Origin: an uncultured Chitinophagaceae bacterium | GTDB lineage: Bacteria > Bacteroidota > Bacteroidia > Chitinophagales > Chitinophagaceae | NCBI GenBank assembly: GCA_903883945.1 | Contig: CAISCV010000198.1 | Coordinates: forward strand, 5,235 to 69,234 | Reading direction: 5' to 3' | DNA: 64,000 nucleotides | Part shown: positions 28,444 through 38,330 of the stretch, in pieces | Layout of the letters: every line of letters begins with the position of its first letter | Position numbering within the stretch: the stretch's first letter is position 1 | Notes under the pieces: model-generated | Database searches by the model: none | The model's input: only the letters and a program-made list of their open reading frames with translations | Told to the model about the DNA's origin: nothing | Translations under genes and position numbers: made by a program

Positions 28444-28451
28444 CAATCAAT

Positions 28452-29048
28452 ATGCACAAAAAATTAAAAAAGATAGTCATCATTGGTCCTGAATCTACCG
28501 GAAAGAGTACTCTCACAAAACTTTTGGCGCAACATTATCAAACAGAATGGTGCGAAGAGTATGCCCGTAAATACCTATTAACTCACGGCACTGCTTATTC
28601 TTTTGATGATTTATTGACGATTGCAAAGGGGCAGGTGGCTTTGGAGGAAAGTTATCAGTTAAGACTGAACAGTAAACAATCAGATGACCAAGACCTTTCT
28701 TTACTTGCCAACAACTCACAACTCACAAATCACGAATCACAACTTCTATTCATAGATACCGATATGTATGTGATGAAAGTTTGGTGTGAGTATGTTTTTG
28801 GTGCATGTCATCCATATATAGCAGAACAGATTTCGGTAAGAAAGTACGACCTATATCTTTTATGTAATATTGATTTACCTTGGGTACGCGATGAGTTACG
28901 GGAATATCCCGAGGAAGGACCTCGTAAGGAATTGTATGCAATCTATAAGGAAATCTTGCAAAATCAGTCCGTTCCTTGGGTAGATATTAGTGGAAACTAT
29001 GAAGAACGTTTGCAAAAAGCAATTGATGCGGTAGAATCTGTTCTGTAA
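28452..29048 (+). CDS. NadR-type ATPase / ribosylnicotinamide kinase-like protein
   Basis: P-loop IVIIGPESTGKSTL, plus LFIDTD and a C-terminus matching the NadR kinase domain. It lies 8 nt after pnuC. It also contains a low-complexity insert (see findings). Confidence 0.7.
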   Translation: MHKKLKKIVIIGPESTGKSTLTKLLAQHYQTEWCEEYARKYLLTHGTAYSFDDLLTIAKGQVALEESYQLRLNSKQSDDQDLSLLANNSQLTNHESQLLFIDTDMYVMKVWCEYVFGACHPYIAEQISVRKYDLYLLCNIDLPWVRDELREYPEEGPRKELYAIYKEILQNQSVPWVDISGNYEERLQKAIDAVESVL

Positions 29049-29066
29049 TAGTGTTTTTGTTGTAAT

Positions 29067-29099
29067 AAAAAAGCCCAAGCAAATGCTGTGGGCTTTTTT
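29067..29099. terminator. Bidirectional rho-independent terminator
   Basis: AAAAAAGCCCAagcaaatgctgTGGGCTTTTTT lies between convergent genes. Confidence 0.8.
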
Positions 29100-29124
29100 A
29101 TTATATAAATTATTCCTTCTTTTC

Positions 29125-29814
29125 TTAATTCTCTAAGGGTGTATTCTTTCTCGATGTAAGCTTCTCCACCACAGATTCAAGCCTTCTTTGTTTTGTTTCT
29201 CCTTTTTTTGAATCTTCAATGTAAGAAACATACTCATTTTGATGAGCTACAGAAAGAGTAGTGAAAAAATCTCTAGCTTCTTTGTGCTTCTTAAACATCT
29301 TTTCTAATTCTGCAGGAGGAACAACCAGATTTTTTTCAAATTCAACTGATGCTGTTACAGTAGAAACTTCAATTACCTCTACAGATGAAACGCTAGATCC
29401 ATTTTTTACAGGCAACGGAAGTGCCGCTACTTCTGTTTTCTTAAATCGGATTGCATTCCAAACGTTATCTATGGATACTTGATTAATGTTTTCGAAGCCA
29501 CTTTGTATCAACAAGTCCCAACTGCATTGCCTGTTAAGGTCACTGACAATTTTGCTTGTTTGTTTTGGATATGCGATCCAAACTTTACTGTTTGAGTGCA
29601 ATGCGGAGAAAACTTCCCTTAAAATGTTATTAAGTTGGTTTTGATTGACTGCAAATATTAGTGCAAAATCAATTTTTCTAGATTTGAGGAGAGGGGTTAC
29701 GTTTTTAGCGTAAGACAACTTAACAAATTGTTTTTCAATTGATGATGGAAGCCCTTGTATCAATAAGGATCTTTCATCTTTTAATTCTAAATCTTCAAAT
29801 AAACTAGTAGACAT
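29125..29814 (-). CDS. Two-domain protein with a YdeI/OmpD-associated-type C-terminus
   Basis: 229 aa. The C-terminus FFTTLSVAHQNEYVSYIEDSKKGETKQRRLESVVEKL matches the YdeI-type motif. The N-terminal half (KVWIAYPKQTSKIVSDLNRQCSWD...VSIDNVWNAIRFKK) resembles the domain usually fused to it. Confidence 0.6.
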   Translation of the reverse strand: MSTSLFEDLELKDERSLLIQGLPSSIEKQFVKLSYAKNVTPLLKSRKIDFALIFAVNQNQLNNILREVFSALHSNSKVWIAYPKQTSKIVSDLNRQCSWDLLIQSGFENINQVSIDNVWNAIRFKKTEVAALPLPVKNGSSVSSVEVIEVSTVTASVEFEKNLVVPPAELEKMFKKHKEARDFFTTLSVAHQNEYVSYIEDSKKGETKQRRLESVVEKLTSRKNTPLEN

Positions 29815-29964
29815 GCCTAAAAATTTGTATTAGGTGATGTAAATGAGGATTGCAAAGATAAATGATGTTATGCTAATAAATTGAATAAATAAAAAAGATG
29901 CAATTTTTAACAACAAATTTGGCTAAGATAAAAGCATATTTAATATTCCTATATATTAGTTGGG

Positions 29965-30624
29965 TTATTTGTCTTCTGCGTTCCTTCTTTGTTTTCTTCG
30001 ATCCCGGTATTTAAGTATGGGCACTCTGCTTTCGGTTCCATTTAAGATGCGAGTAATGTTTTTTTGGTGCGTCATTACGATCATTAATGCGACCAAAACA
30101 GCAAATATTCTGTATAATCTTTCATGTTCATTAAAAATAAATAAGATGAAAACCATAAAAGAAATTCCTGCCAGTATGGAACTAAGAGAAACAAAACGTG
30201 TGAGATATAAAACCAATAAGAAAACGCCTACACAACAAATTGCTACCAAAGGCTGAATGGCAACTGCCATCCCAAACAGGGTTGCAACGCCTTTGCCCCC
30301 CTTAAAATCTGCCCATATTGGAAATATGTGACCAGCAACAGCGGCAAGACCAAGCCCAATCATAAAATTGGTTCTTTCTAATTCATGCGTAAAATAAAAA
30401 GGTAAGAAAATATAAAGAGAGGTGCCAATGACCCCTTTCACCATATCAGCAATCATTACAAAAGTGCCCCATTTTTTTCCAAGAATCCTGTATGTGTTTG
30501 TAGCGCCTGCATTGCCACTTCCATAATCCCGGATATCTATTTCGAAGAAGTATCTGCTTACCCAAACAGAGGTTGGAATAGAGCCAATTAAATAAGATAA
30601 AATTATTAGAAAAATCTCCCTCAT
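29965..30624 (-). CDS. plsY: Glycerol-3-phosphate acyltransferase PlsY
   Basis: 219 aa. YLIGSIPTSVWVSR...DIRDYGSGNAGATNTYRILGKKWG...DMVKG and GHIFPIWADFKGGKGVAT are PlsY motifs. Confidence 0.92.
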   Translation of the reverse strand: MREIFLIILSYLIGSIPTSVWVSRYFFEIDIRDYGSGNAGATNTYRILGKKWGTFVMIADMVKGVIGTSLYIFLPFYFTHELERTNFMIGLGLAAVAGHIFPIWADFKGGKGVATLFGMAVAIQPLVAICCVGVFLLVLYLTRFVSLSSILAGISFMVFILFIFNEHERLYRIFAVLVALMIVMTHQKNITRILNGTESRVPILKYRDRRKQRRNAEDK

Positions 30625-30699
30625 TGTACAATAATAGTTAGTAGTGTTGTCACAAATATATCGAAAAAATTAAATTCAATACAAAACCTTCCTTCAATT

Positions 30700-31518
30700 T
30701 TATGCTGGCATTAGGAATTGTAGTGCAATCCAATTGCTTTTTGTAATAGTTTTCAGGTGCGTCCATCTTTTTAAAGTAGTGGCAGTAAGTATATCTTTTT
30801 CATCTTCAATAAGTAACCCGCTTAGCAATATTTGTCCGTTAGGGACCAAATCATTGGTTAGGGCATCTAGGTTTGCAAGTATTATGTTCTTATTGATATT
30901 GGCCAATACTATGTCGAATTTTTTTGCAGTGAAAGCTGTGTCTGCTTTGTAAATATTTATTTGTTTACAATCATTACTAGCAATATTTTCAATTGAATTT
31001 TCAATACACCAATCGTCATAGTCTACAGCATCAATTTGTATGCCTCCTAGCTTTTCTGCAAGTATTGCCAAGATACCGGTGCCTGAACCAAAGTCGAGAA
31101 CTGTTTTATTATTAAAGTCCATATCACGCATCAATTGCATCATCATATAAGTTGTTGCATGGTGCCCTGTGCCAAAACTCATCTTGGGAGTAATAATGAT
31201 TTCGTGTGTAACATTTGTGAGGGGCGCATGAAAAGATGCTCTTACGCCAACAAAATCTTCCACAGCCATTGGGCTAAAGTTGCTTTCCCATACTTCATTC
31301 CAGTTTTGCTGTGGCAAACTAGCAGTGGTATAGTTAAGGCCATGCCCTGCAATTAATATTTTAAGTGCGTCATCATCAAAAGTATTTTCGGAAGAAAACG
31401 CCTTGAGGGCTGTATCTGTTTCTTCAAATCCATCGAAACCAATAGCAGAGAGTTCGGCTATCAAAAGGTCTTTCAAAACGGCATCTGTGGTATCAATCGT
31501 AATCTCTGTATAATTCAT
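30700..31518 (-). CDS. prmA: Ribosomal protein L11 methyltransferase PrmA
   Basis: FGTGHHATTYMMMQ and the SAM-binding motif VLDFGSGTGILAI are present. The likely start is MNYTEITI at 31518; the ORF is open to 31551. Confidence 0.88.
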   Translation of the reverse strand: MNYTEITIDTTDAVLKDLLIAELSAIGFDGFEETDTALKAFSSENTFDDDALKILIAGHGLNYTTASLPQQNWNEVWESNFSPMAVEDFVGVRASFHAPLTNVTHEIIITPKMSFGTGHHATTYMMMQLMRDMDFNNKTVLDFGSGTGILAILAEKLGGIQIDAVDYDDWCIENSIENIASNDCKQINIYKADTAFTAKKFDIVLANINKNIILANLDALTNDLVPNGQILLSGLLIEDEKDILTATTLKRWTHLKTITKSNWIALQFLMPA

Positions 31519-31704
31519 TTTCTTGTTTGTAAGTGGCGGCAAAGCTACCAAAGTAGTTTAAAAGTTATGAATTATATGTTTTGTAACAAATACAACTTGT
31601 AAAATTGCTTTAAAGTACGAACCATTACAATAGTTTAACCATACTTTTGTAAAGAAACAAACAATCGTTCGTTTTAATAGTTAATTAATATAAATTTATA
31701 CATC

Positions 31705-32046
31705 ATGAAAAAGAGAAACATTATTCTGGCAGTTGCAATGGCATTGTTCGCTTTTGCAGTAAAAGCCCAATCGGTTAAAACTGAAAACATAAAAGTATAT
31801 GGTAACTGTGCACAATGCCGTAGTCATATTCAAAAAGCAGCTTCGGCAGCTGGAGCAACACTAGCAAAATGGAATGTAGATACAAAAGTACTAACCGTGA
31901 CTTTTGACGCTACTAAAACAGATTCAAAAAAGATTCAGTCAAAAATTGCAGAAGCAGGGTATGATACCCAAGATGCAACGGCTTCAGATGCAGCTTACAA
32001 TAAACTAGATGAATGTTGCCAATACGATAGGAAGAAAAAAGGATAA
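31705..32046 (+). CDS. Secreted heavy-metal-associated (HMA) domain protein
   Basis: 113 aa with a signal peptide. It has the ferredoxin-like HMA layout with VYGNCAQCRSHIQKA (CxxC) and a Cys-Cys near the C-terminus (DECCQYD). Confidence 0.65.
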   Translation: MKKRNIILAVAMALFAFAVKAQSVKTENIKVYGNCAQCRSHIQKAASAAGATLAKWNVDTKVLTVTFDATKTDSKKIQSKIAEAGYDTQDATASDAAYNKLDECCQYDRKKKG

Positions 32047-32206
32047 AAAAGTTTTAATTAGGTGATATGAAAGCCCTTGAAGTATTTATTTCAAGGTTTT
32101 TATATTTCTATGATTAATCTTCTAAACCCAAATTTCATACTTCTTACTTCATATTTCAGAACTTCCATAGATTTGCCATCTTCCATTTTTTTAAATACTG
32201 TTCAAT

Positions 32207-34132
32207 ATGAAAAAAATATTAATTCCACTTGCAGTTGCCATTGTCTCTACTGGGGCAGCACAAAATAAGATGACACCTGAGTTACTTTGGAAACTTGGAA
32301 GAGTTGCAGGACTTGGAATTTCCAAAGACAAACAATATGTAATTTATGCAGTTAATCAACCTGATGTTCAGGGAAACACTTCTAATAGCAAATATTATAA
32401 AATTCCTATTACCGGTGGCAAAGCAGTGGAATTGGATGATGCAGTAGATAGTATTTTAGCGAATAATAAGATTTCTCCTGATGGAAAATATATTCTCACT
32501 TCCGATGAAGTCCCTGTAAAGAAAGTGCATTCTTCAGATTTGTATCCCGACTTACCTAAAGCGAATGCTTATGTATACGAATCGCTCAACTATCGCCATT
32601 GGGATACTTGGGAAGATGGAAAGTTTGGGCATATTTTCTTTGCACCATTGGTTAATGGGAAGCCTGGAGAAGCAAAAGATATCATGCCAAATGAACCTTA
32701 TGATTGTCCGCAGAAACCTTCTGGCGGTGGCGAAGACTTTATCTGGCATCCAGATAGCAAACACATTTTGTATGTGACCAAAAAGAAATTTGGGACTGAC
32801 TATGCCATTAGTACTAACACCAATTTGTACGAATACGACATCACAACTGGCACTACCAGAAACTTAACAGAAAATAATAATGGCTACGACGTAGATCCTG
32901 CCTACAACAGCAAGGGAGTATTGGCTTGGTTGCAGATGAAAAGGGACGGCTATGAATCGGACAAACAAGATTTAGTTGTTTCTGATGGAACAACGACCAT
33001 CAACCTTACTAAAAGTCGCGATAACATCCATGTAGAAGGCTTTAAATGGGCAGAAGACAACAAAACTATTTATTTCTATGGGCCTATCAATGGTACCATG
33101 CAATTGTTCTCTGTTAAATATTCTGGACAATCGAAGGTTTTGCCGTTTGTAAAGCAAATTACTAAAGGCGATTTTGACATAACTGGCATAGTAGGACAAA
33201 AAGGAGATTCCTTGGTTGTAACCCGCACTGATATGAACCATGCGACCGAATTATATACAGTGAATCTTACTAATGGAGAAACGCAACAACTGACTCATGT
33301 AAACGACAACATTTATAAGAATATTGGACTTTGCAAAGTGGAACGTAAATATGTACCTACCACCGACCAAAAGAAGATGTTGGTATGGATAATATATCCG
33401 CCAGACTTTGATACCACCAAAAAATATCCAACCTTATTGTATTGTCAGGGTGGCCCACAAGTGTCATTGACCCAGTTTTATTCGTATCGATGGAATATGC
33501 AGTTAATTGCTTCACAAGGATATATTGTGGTAGCACCTTGCCGTAGAGGTATGCCAGGTTTTGGTACTAAATGGAATGAAGAAGTAAGTAAAGATTGGGG
33601 CGGACAAGTATTGCAGGATTATTTGAGTGCCATTGATGCCGTAAGTAAAGAAAAGTATGTAGACTTAAACCGTAGAGGATGTGTGGGTGCAAGCTTTGGG
33701 GGGTATTCGGCGTTTGCTTTGGAAGGTATACACCAAGGACGCTTTAAAACATTTATTGCGCATGATGGCATCTTCAACTTCAAGAGTATGTATGGCACTA
33801 CCGATGAATTATTCTTTGAAAACTGGGAGAAAGGCGGTAATTATTGGGATAAAAACAATGCAGTTGCACAACGATCTTTTAGCCAGAGCCCAAGCAATTT
33901 TGTGGATAAATGGAATACACCCATTTTAATTATTCAAGGAGGAAAGGATTATAGGGTACCTATCGGGCAAGGACAAGAAGCGTTTCAAGCAGCACAGCTA
34001 AAAGGAATCAAAAGTAGGTTCTTATACCTTCCTGATGAAAACCATTGGGTATTAAGCCCACAAAATGCCTTGGTATGGCAAAGGGAGTTTTTTAAATGGC
34101 TAGATGAAACAATGCCTGCAGTTGGGAAATAA
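32207..34132 (+). CDS. S9-family serine peptidase (prolyl oligopeptidase / acylaminoacyl-peptidase type)
   Basis: 641 aa with a signal peptide and a beta-propeller-like N-terminal half. The nucleophile motif is GASFGGYSA, and the late segments GGKDYRVP and DENHWV supply the Asp and His of the triad. Confidence 0.88.
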   Translation: MKKILIPLAVAIVSTGAAQNKMTPELLWKLGRVAGLGISKDKQYVIYAVNQPDVQGNTSNSKYYKIPITGGKAVELDDAVDSILANNKISPDGKYILTSDEVPVKKVHSSDLYPDLPKANAYVYESLNYRHWDTWEDGKFGHIFFAPLVNGKPGEAKDIMPNEPYDCPQKPSGGGEDFIWHPDSKHILYVTKKKFGTDYAISTNTNLYEYDITTGTTRNLTENNNGYDVDPAYNSKGVLAWLQMKRDGYESDKQDLVVSDGTTTINLTKSRDNIHVEGFKWAEDNKTIYFYGPINGTMQLFSVKYSGQSKVLPFVKQITKGDFDITGIVGQKGDSLVVTRTDMNHATELYTVNLTNGETQQLTHVNDNIYKNIGLCKVERKYVPTTDQKKMLVWIIYPPDFDTTKKYPTLLYCQGGPQVSLTQFYSYRWNMQLIASQGYIVVAPCRRGMPGFGTKWNEEVSKDWGGQVLQDYLSAIDAVSKEKYVDLNRRGCVGASFGGYSAFALEGIHQGRFKTFIAHDGIFNFKSMYGTTDELFFENWEKGGNYWDKNNAVAQRSFSQSPSNFVDKWNTPILIIQGGKDYRVPIGQGQEAFQAAQLKGIKSRFLYLPDENHWVLSPQNALVWQREFFKWLDETMPAVGK

Positions 34133-34166
34133 AAGTAAACCACCAGACAATAAAAATATGGGGTAT

Positions 34167-34205
34167 ATAAAAAGTGTCAGGTATTGAACCTGACACTTTA
34201 TTTTT
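34167..34205. terminator. Bidirectional rho-independent terminator
   Basis: AAAAAGTGTCAGGTattgaACCTGACACTTTATTTTT lies between the convergent peptidase and oxidase genes. Confidence 0.8.
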
Positions 34206-34234
34206 ATTTATCCTTAAAGAATGATTTATAATAA

Positions 34235-37063
34235 TTATCTCACTTCAATATCTGCTTTATGAGTAATGCCATCTTCGTCGGTTACTAATACAGCATAGAT
34301 TCCAGAAGAAATTATTTGCGGAAGTCTGACCATTTCTATCGGTTGATTGTGTGTGATAGATTGCGTAGAAACTGTTTGCCCCAACTTGCTAATAATCCTG
34401 ATTTTATAATTACCGTTCATTAAACTATTAAAATTAATATAGAAGCTATTTCCAACAATTGGGTTGGGATAAACATTTATATAATTATTCTTAATTAATT
34501 TAACAGTTACAACATTAGAGTAGGTAGTTTCCCCTTTATAACTTGTAGCTTTTACACGATAATAATTAATTCCATTTGTAGGATTGGCATCCTTGTATTC
34601 ATATAATTGGTTGCTACTTATTTTCTGGGTTTCAAGGGTTTTGAAAGTAACACCATCCAATGAATGCTCAATACTAAAGCTGGCAATATCCTTTTGTGCT
34701 AATATTGACCATTTAATTTTTACTTCATTAGCAGGTGTCACAAGTGCAGATGCTTTCAAACCAATGACAGGCAATACCAAGGTTAAATTGTTGGCGGTTA
34801 CAAAACTTCCACTATCCTGATTCACTGTTCCATACACAAATAAATGGTTACCCAATGTTACAGTGCCGTTTGGTACATTAATAGTTAAATTCTTTAAACT
34901 ATTGTTTGCTGTATCAAAATATAAGATACTTCCATTTCCAGCAACAGTTAATGACGATGTTGAAGAACCTTTTAAAAACCCAGGACCACTGATGTCTCCG
35001 TTTACAGTAAGGGAATTACCATTCAGATCAATGCTTCCATCTAAGGTTATCCCACCAATAGCTACATCTCCAGATATTACAGGCTGGTTGATGGGCGGTG
35101 TGGGTATTACAATACTCGTGGTACTAGTAGGAACAACTTTATCAGACCAGTTTGCAGCATTGTTCCAATCAGTTGAGACAGTTCCTGTCCAATAGTTTGT
35201 TACAACTTCCATTGGGCGCATCATATCATGATCTTCATGGGATAGAATATGGCAATGCCACACATAATGTCCAGGAATATCGTAATGTGCTATCAATCGC
35301 ATTACTTGCCCGGGCTGTACAATCCAAGTGTCTTTCCAACCTTTTTCATCATCCGTAGGTAAGATAGGGGCGCCTACCATTTTTATATCATGCAAAATCC
35401 CCACAAGACTATCTGCAGATGACTGGGTTGCAGTATACTGCTGTCTGTTTACCAACTGAAGACTTACCGAATGTATATGTATGGGATGTGCATCGCCTGT
35501 TTCATCGTATATCTCCCACATTTCAGTATCTCCTAGTTTTACATTTTCTGTGGTTGAATCCATCCACTGCATAGCACCCATATCAGGCGTGCCTAAACTA
35601 GGTCTTAGTCTTCCAAATTCATCTCTTACTTCTTTCAAAATCACTTTCCGTACAGGCACATTGGCAACCAATGGTTTTAAATCGGGGCGCAAACTCGAAG
35701 TCGTAGTAACAGTAGACAAAGGATTATTTGTATTCAAGGGTTTTGTTACTTTAAACATCATTATCTGCGATGATTGTTCATCTACGGTATCCCCATCAGG
35801 ATAAGGCCCCATTGCATTATTTGCAAGGATAAAGGTTTGACCTGCAAATTTAGAAAAATCAATTACAATTTCTTTTCTTTCCCCAGGGGCAATAAACATA
35901 CTGTCTAATAGTGAAGGTTTGGGTAACAAGCCATCATCTGTTCCTACTTGCAACAACGGAACACCTTGTAGTCCTGGTTTAAATCCATTGTAACCTAATT
36001 CTACATTATCCAAGGAATAATCTGATTGACTAATCAGTTTCATATTATACATTCTGGAGTCAGATCCATCTATAATTCTAAAACTATACTGGCGAGGCTC
36101 CACTTCCATTACTGGCCAAGTCATTCCATTTACTAACATAAATCTTCCAAAAAATTCAGGAATAAGACTTGTTTTTGGAAACTTGTTAAACACGGAGTCC
36201 TTTGTTACAGGATCTATATAAGCATCAGCGTCATATAATCCATCTGTTGTATCATATGGTCTACCATAGAATTCTTTTGGGTCAGACGGATAAAAAATTT
36301 GCCCGTCTGTTGTAAATTGTCTGTCTTGTAAAAACAATGGAATATCATAACTATCGGCTGGCAATACATTATTTGCTTTCAAGGCAAGTTCATTATCATC
36401 TGTCAGTTTGTAAGCACCTGCCAACCCTGCCATTACATTTATTCTGGTAAAGCCATCTGTATGGTCGTGATACCAAAGTGTAGCAGCTTCCTGGTCGTTT
36501 TTATAATAGTATTCTTTTTTAGCAAAGAAAGGCCCGATCAAAGCATAGTTGGGGGTATACCAAGCATCGGGATAACCATCACTTTCATAATCTGTGTGAC
36601 CACCATGAAGATGTGTAACCAATGGGATTCCGTTATTGGCAAACGAATAATTGGTACCCATAAAAGCATTCATTATCGAGGTGTCAACTGGCAATAAGTG
36701 TTGGGTTATTCCTGTAAGTGCATTGTTCCAGTTCACATAAATAGGAGTATTCTTTTTTGCGAGAATCGTTGGTCCCGGAAAAGTTCCATTATAGCCCCAC
36801 ATCTTTGTTTGTAAATGCGCTTTTGTGGTGGTATCTACCACGCCCAACCATTGTTCCATTGGTTTCTCATCGATAGTTACTTTCCCCCCATTAGTCATAT
36901 CTATACTTGATAGTAATGGCAATGGGTTTACGAACTTGGGCTGTGTAGCCGGGTCTAATACATTTTGTGCAGATGCGTTTAGACTAAAAAAAGAATAAAA
37001 GCTTAGTGCTACCATACTTCTTTTAAATAGTAGCACTGCTTGCTTGTGTTTAATTCTTATCAT
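34235..37063 (-). CDS. Multicopper oxidase (CotA / bilirubin-oxidase-like) with extra C-terminal domains and a T9SS sorting tail
   Basis: 942 aa. The copper ligand motifs are THLHGGH, WYHDH, HPIHIHS and HCHILSHEDHDMM. The C-terminus VYPNPIVGNSFYINF...GIYAVLVTDEDGITHKADIEVR is a Por secretion tail. Confidence 0.9.
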   Translation of the reverse strand: MIRIKHKQAVLLFKRSMVALSFYSFFSLNASAQNVLDPATQPKFVNPLPLLSSIDMTNGGKVTIDEKPMEQWLGVVDTTTKAHLQTKMWGYNGTFPGPTILAKKNTPIYVNWNNALTGITQHLLPVDTSIMNAFMGTNYSFANNGIPLVTHLHGGHTDYESDGYPDAWYTPNYALIGPFFAKKEYYYKNDQEAATLWYHDHTDGFTRINVMAGLAGAYKLTDDNELALKANNVLPADSYDIPLFLQDRQFTTDGQIFYPSDPKEFYGRPYDTTDGLYDADAYIDPVTKDSVFNKFPKTSLIPEFFGRFMLVNGMTWPVMEVEPRQYSFRIIDGSDSRMYNMKLISQSDYSLDNVELGYNGFKPGLQGVPLLQVGTDDGLLPKPSLLDSMFIAPGERKEIVIDFSKFAGQTFILANNAMGPYPDGDTVDEQSSQIMMFKVTKPLNTNNPLSTVTTTSSLRPDLKPLVANVPVRKVILKEVRDEFGRLRPSLGTPDMGAMQWMDSTTENVKLGDTEMWEIYDETGDAHPIHIHSVSLQLVNRQQYTATQSSADSLVGILHDIKMVGAPILPTDDEKGWKDTWIVQPGQVMRLIAHYDIPGHYVWHCHILSHEDHDMMRPMEVVTNYWTGTVSTDWNNAANWSDKVVPTSTTSIVIPTPPINQPVISGDVAIGGITLDGSIDLNGNSLTVNGDISGPGFLKGSSTSSLTVAGNGSILYFDTANNSLKNLTINVPNGTVTLGNHLFVYGTVNQDSGSFVTANNLTLVLPVIGLKASALVTPANEVKIKWSILAQKDIASFSIEHSLDGVTFKTLETQKISSNQLYEYKDANPTNGINYYRVKATSYKGETTYSNVVTVKLIKNNYINVYPNPIVGNSFYINFNSLMNGNYKIRIISKLGQTVSTQSITHNQPIEMVRLPQIISSGIYAVLVTDEDGITHKADIEVR

Positions 37064-37284
37064 ATTTGCTTATTTTAACAAATATAATGACGAAATTTTA
37101 ACAATTAGGTAGAATTAAGGTTCTTTTTAGTTTTTTAATTTAATTGTTTATTGTCATATCTGTTAAACAGTATGTTTTTCTACGTTTTTTATTATTCAAT
37201 TATTTTTGGTATTAATGAAGTATTCTAGTTTTTCCCTTTTAGTAGTTTGTAATTAAACGTGTTTCCATTACCTAGGTTTAAGGC

Positions 37285-38049
37285 CTATTCTCCTGTTATA
37301 ACAATTGAATTTTTCTCATTTAAGGCACCCAGATAGAAGTTAATTAAAGGCTTCACGTAGTATTTATACAATACATCTTTTTTTGGGGTACCCCTATCTT
37401 CAAGTTCTTCTTTTACTTCTGCCGATGTATTGTCATACAGTTTCATAAAACCTACTTCAGTGTCTATTTTATTTTGCTTAATCCACTTTACAATTTCAAC
37501 TACATCTGAACTGGGTAAAAATCCACTAATATTCCTGTTTGAAACACCTTCCTCAATCGGATTACCAAATATCATTTTATATGGAATGGAGTTATCCAAA
37601 CCATCTACATCTGTAGTGTCATTTAATAATATATATAAGTCTTTTGTCATTAAACGAAGGTCTACACTTGTAGCATTTGCTTTGTGTAACTCCTGTTTCA
37701 AACTTGTTATTTCTTGTAGCTTTTCAGCATTCTTTATACGGTAAAGTGTTTTAAAATTGCTTTTAAAGGTTGTTCCTTTCCATGCACCGGATTGTTTTGA
37801 TTTATTAATAATGGGAGACGAGAAGGCGGTAATTGTTAGAAGTACAATCAACAAAAATGTGTTTATAACGGCACGCATCGTCACAAACATTACGGCTTTA
37901 CCACTACCAAGCGTTATACCTTGCTTTAGATAATTGTTTATTAAACAAACGCAGGTGTTAATACTTCTTATTGTAGGTACACTCCTTTCTATTCTATTAT
38001 TTTCCATTGACATAACTCTAAATTTAAAAATTGTTGTTTTGTAAGCCAT
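37285..38049 (-). CDS. Hypothetical protein, possibly secreted or anchored (weak resemblance to DUF1877/YfbM-type C-terminus)
   Basis: 254-aa ORF. The internal Met at 37878 gives a signal-like MRAVINTFLLIVLLTITAFSS. The family call rests only on a remembered pattern (...YYVKPLINFYLGALNEKNSIVITGE). Confidence 0.45.
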   Translation of the reverse strand: MAYKTTIFKFRVMSMENNRIERSVPTIRSINTCVCLINNYLKQGITLGSGKAVMFVTMRAVINTFLLIVLLTITAFSSPIINKSKQSGAWKGTTFKSNFKTLYRIKNAEKLQEITSLKQELHKANATSVDLRLMTKDLYILLNDTTDVDGLDNSIPYKMIFGNPIEEGVSNRNISGFLPSSDVVEIVKWIKQNKIDTEVGFMKLYDNTSAEVKEELEDRGTPKKDVLYKYYVKPLINFYLGALNEKNSIVITGE

Positions 38050-38330
38050 TCCTTATAAAATATAATACGTTGCCATCAAAGCTATTTGTATCATAGTATT
38101 CAAAGATGCTCAAACAGAACGAAATTGTTTAGTATCGTTTAGAAAATAATAGACAATAAGGTTAACAAGGGAGTGTAATCGGTGTATTTGGTTGCAATGC
38201 AGTAAAATTTAATCAATTGGATAGTGTTCTTATTTTACATCATTAGAATAATGATATACACAATTTAAAATGAGTACTAAAAAAGAAAAAGTGCACCCCT
38301 CCTAAACAGTAACTAAACCATTATTTTTAT

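Noticed and set aside
29960-30256. 98-aa plus-strand ORF opposite plsY, and the 63-aa ORF at 32077-32268 that overlaps the S9 peptidase start
   Set aside because: The first is antisense to a confidently identified plsY. The second overlaps the signal-peptide region of the peptidase in another frame.
2139-36697. Numerous 60-130-aa ORFs antisense to, or out of frame within, well-supported genes (for example 2139-2537, 4512-4883, 7198-7870, 9439-10517, 11463-11696, 13784-14204, 21358-21636, 25155-26514, 34584-35804, 36461-36697)
   Set aside because: Each one overlaps a longer ORF that has clear family motifs. None shows recognisable motifs, and they are typical shadow ORFs of a moderately AT-rich genome.
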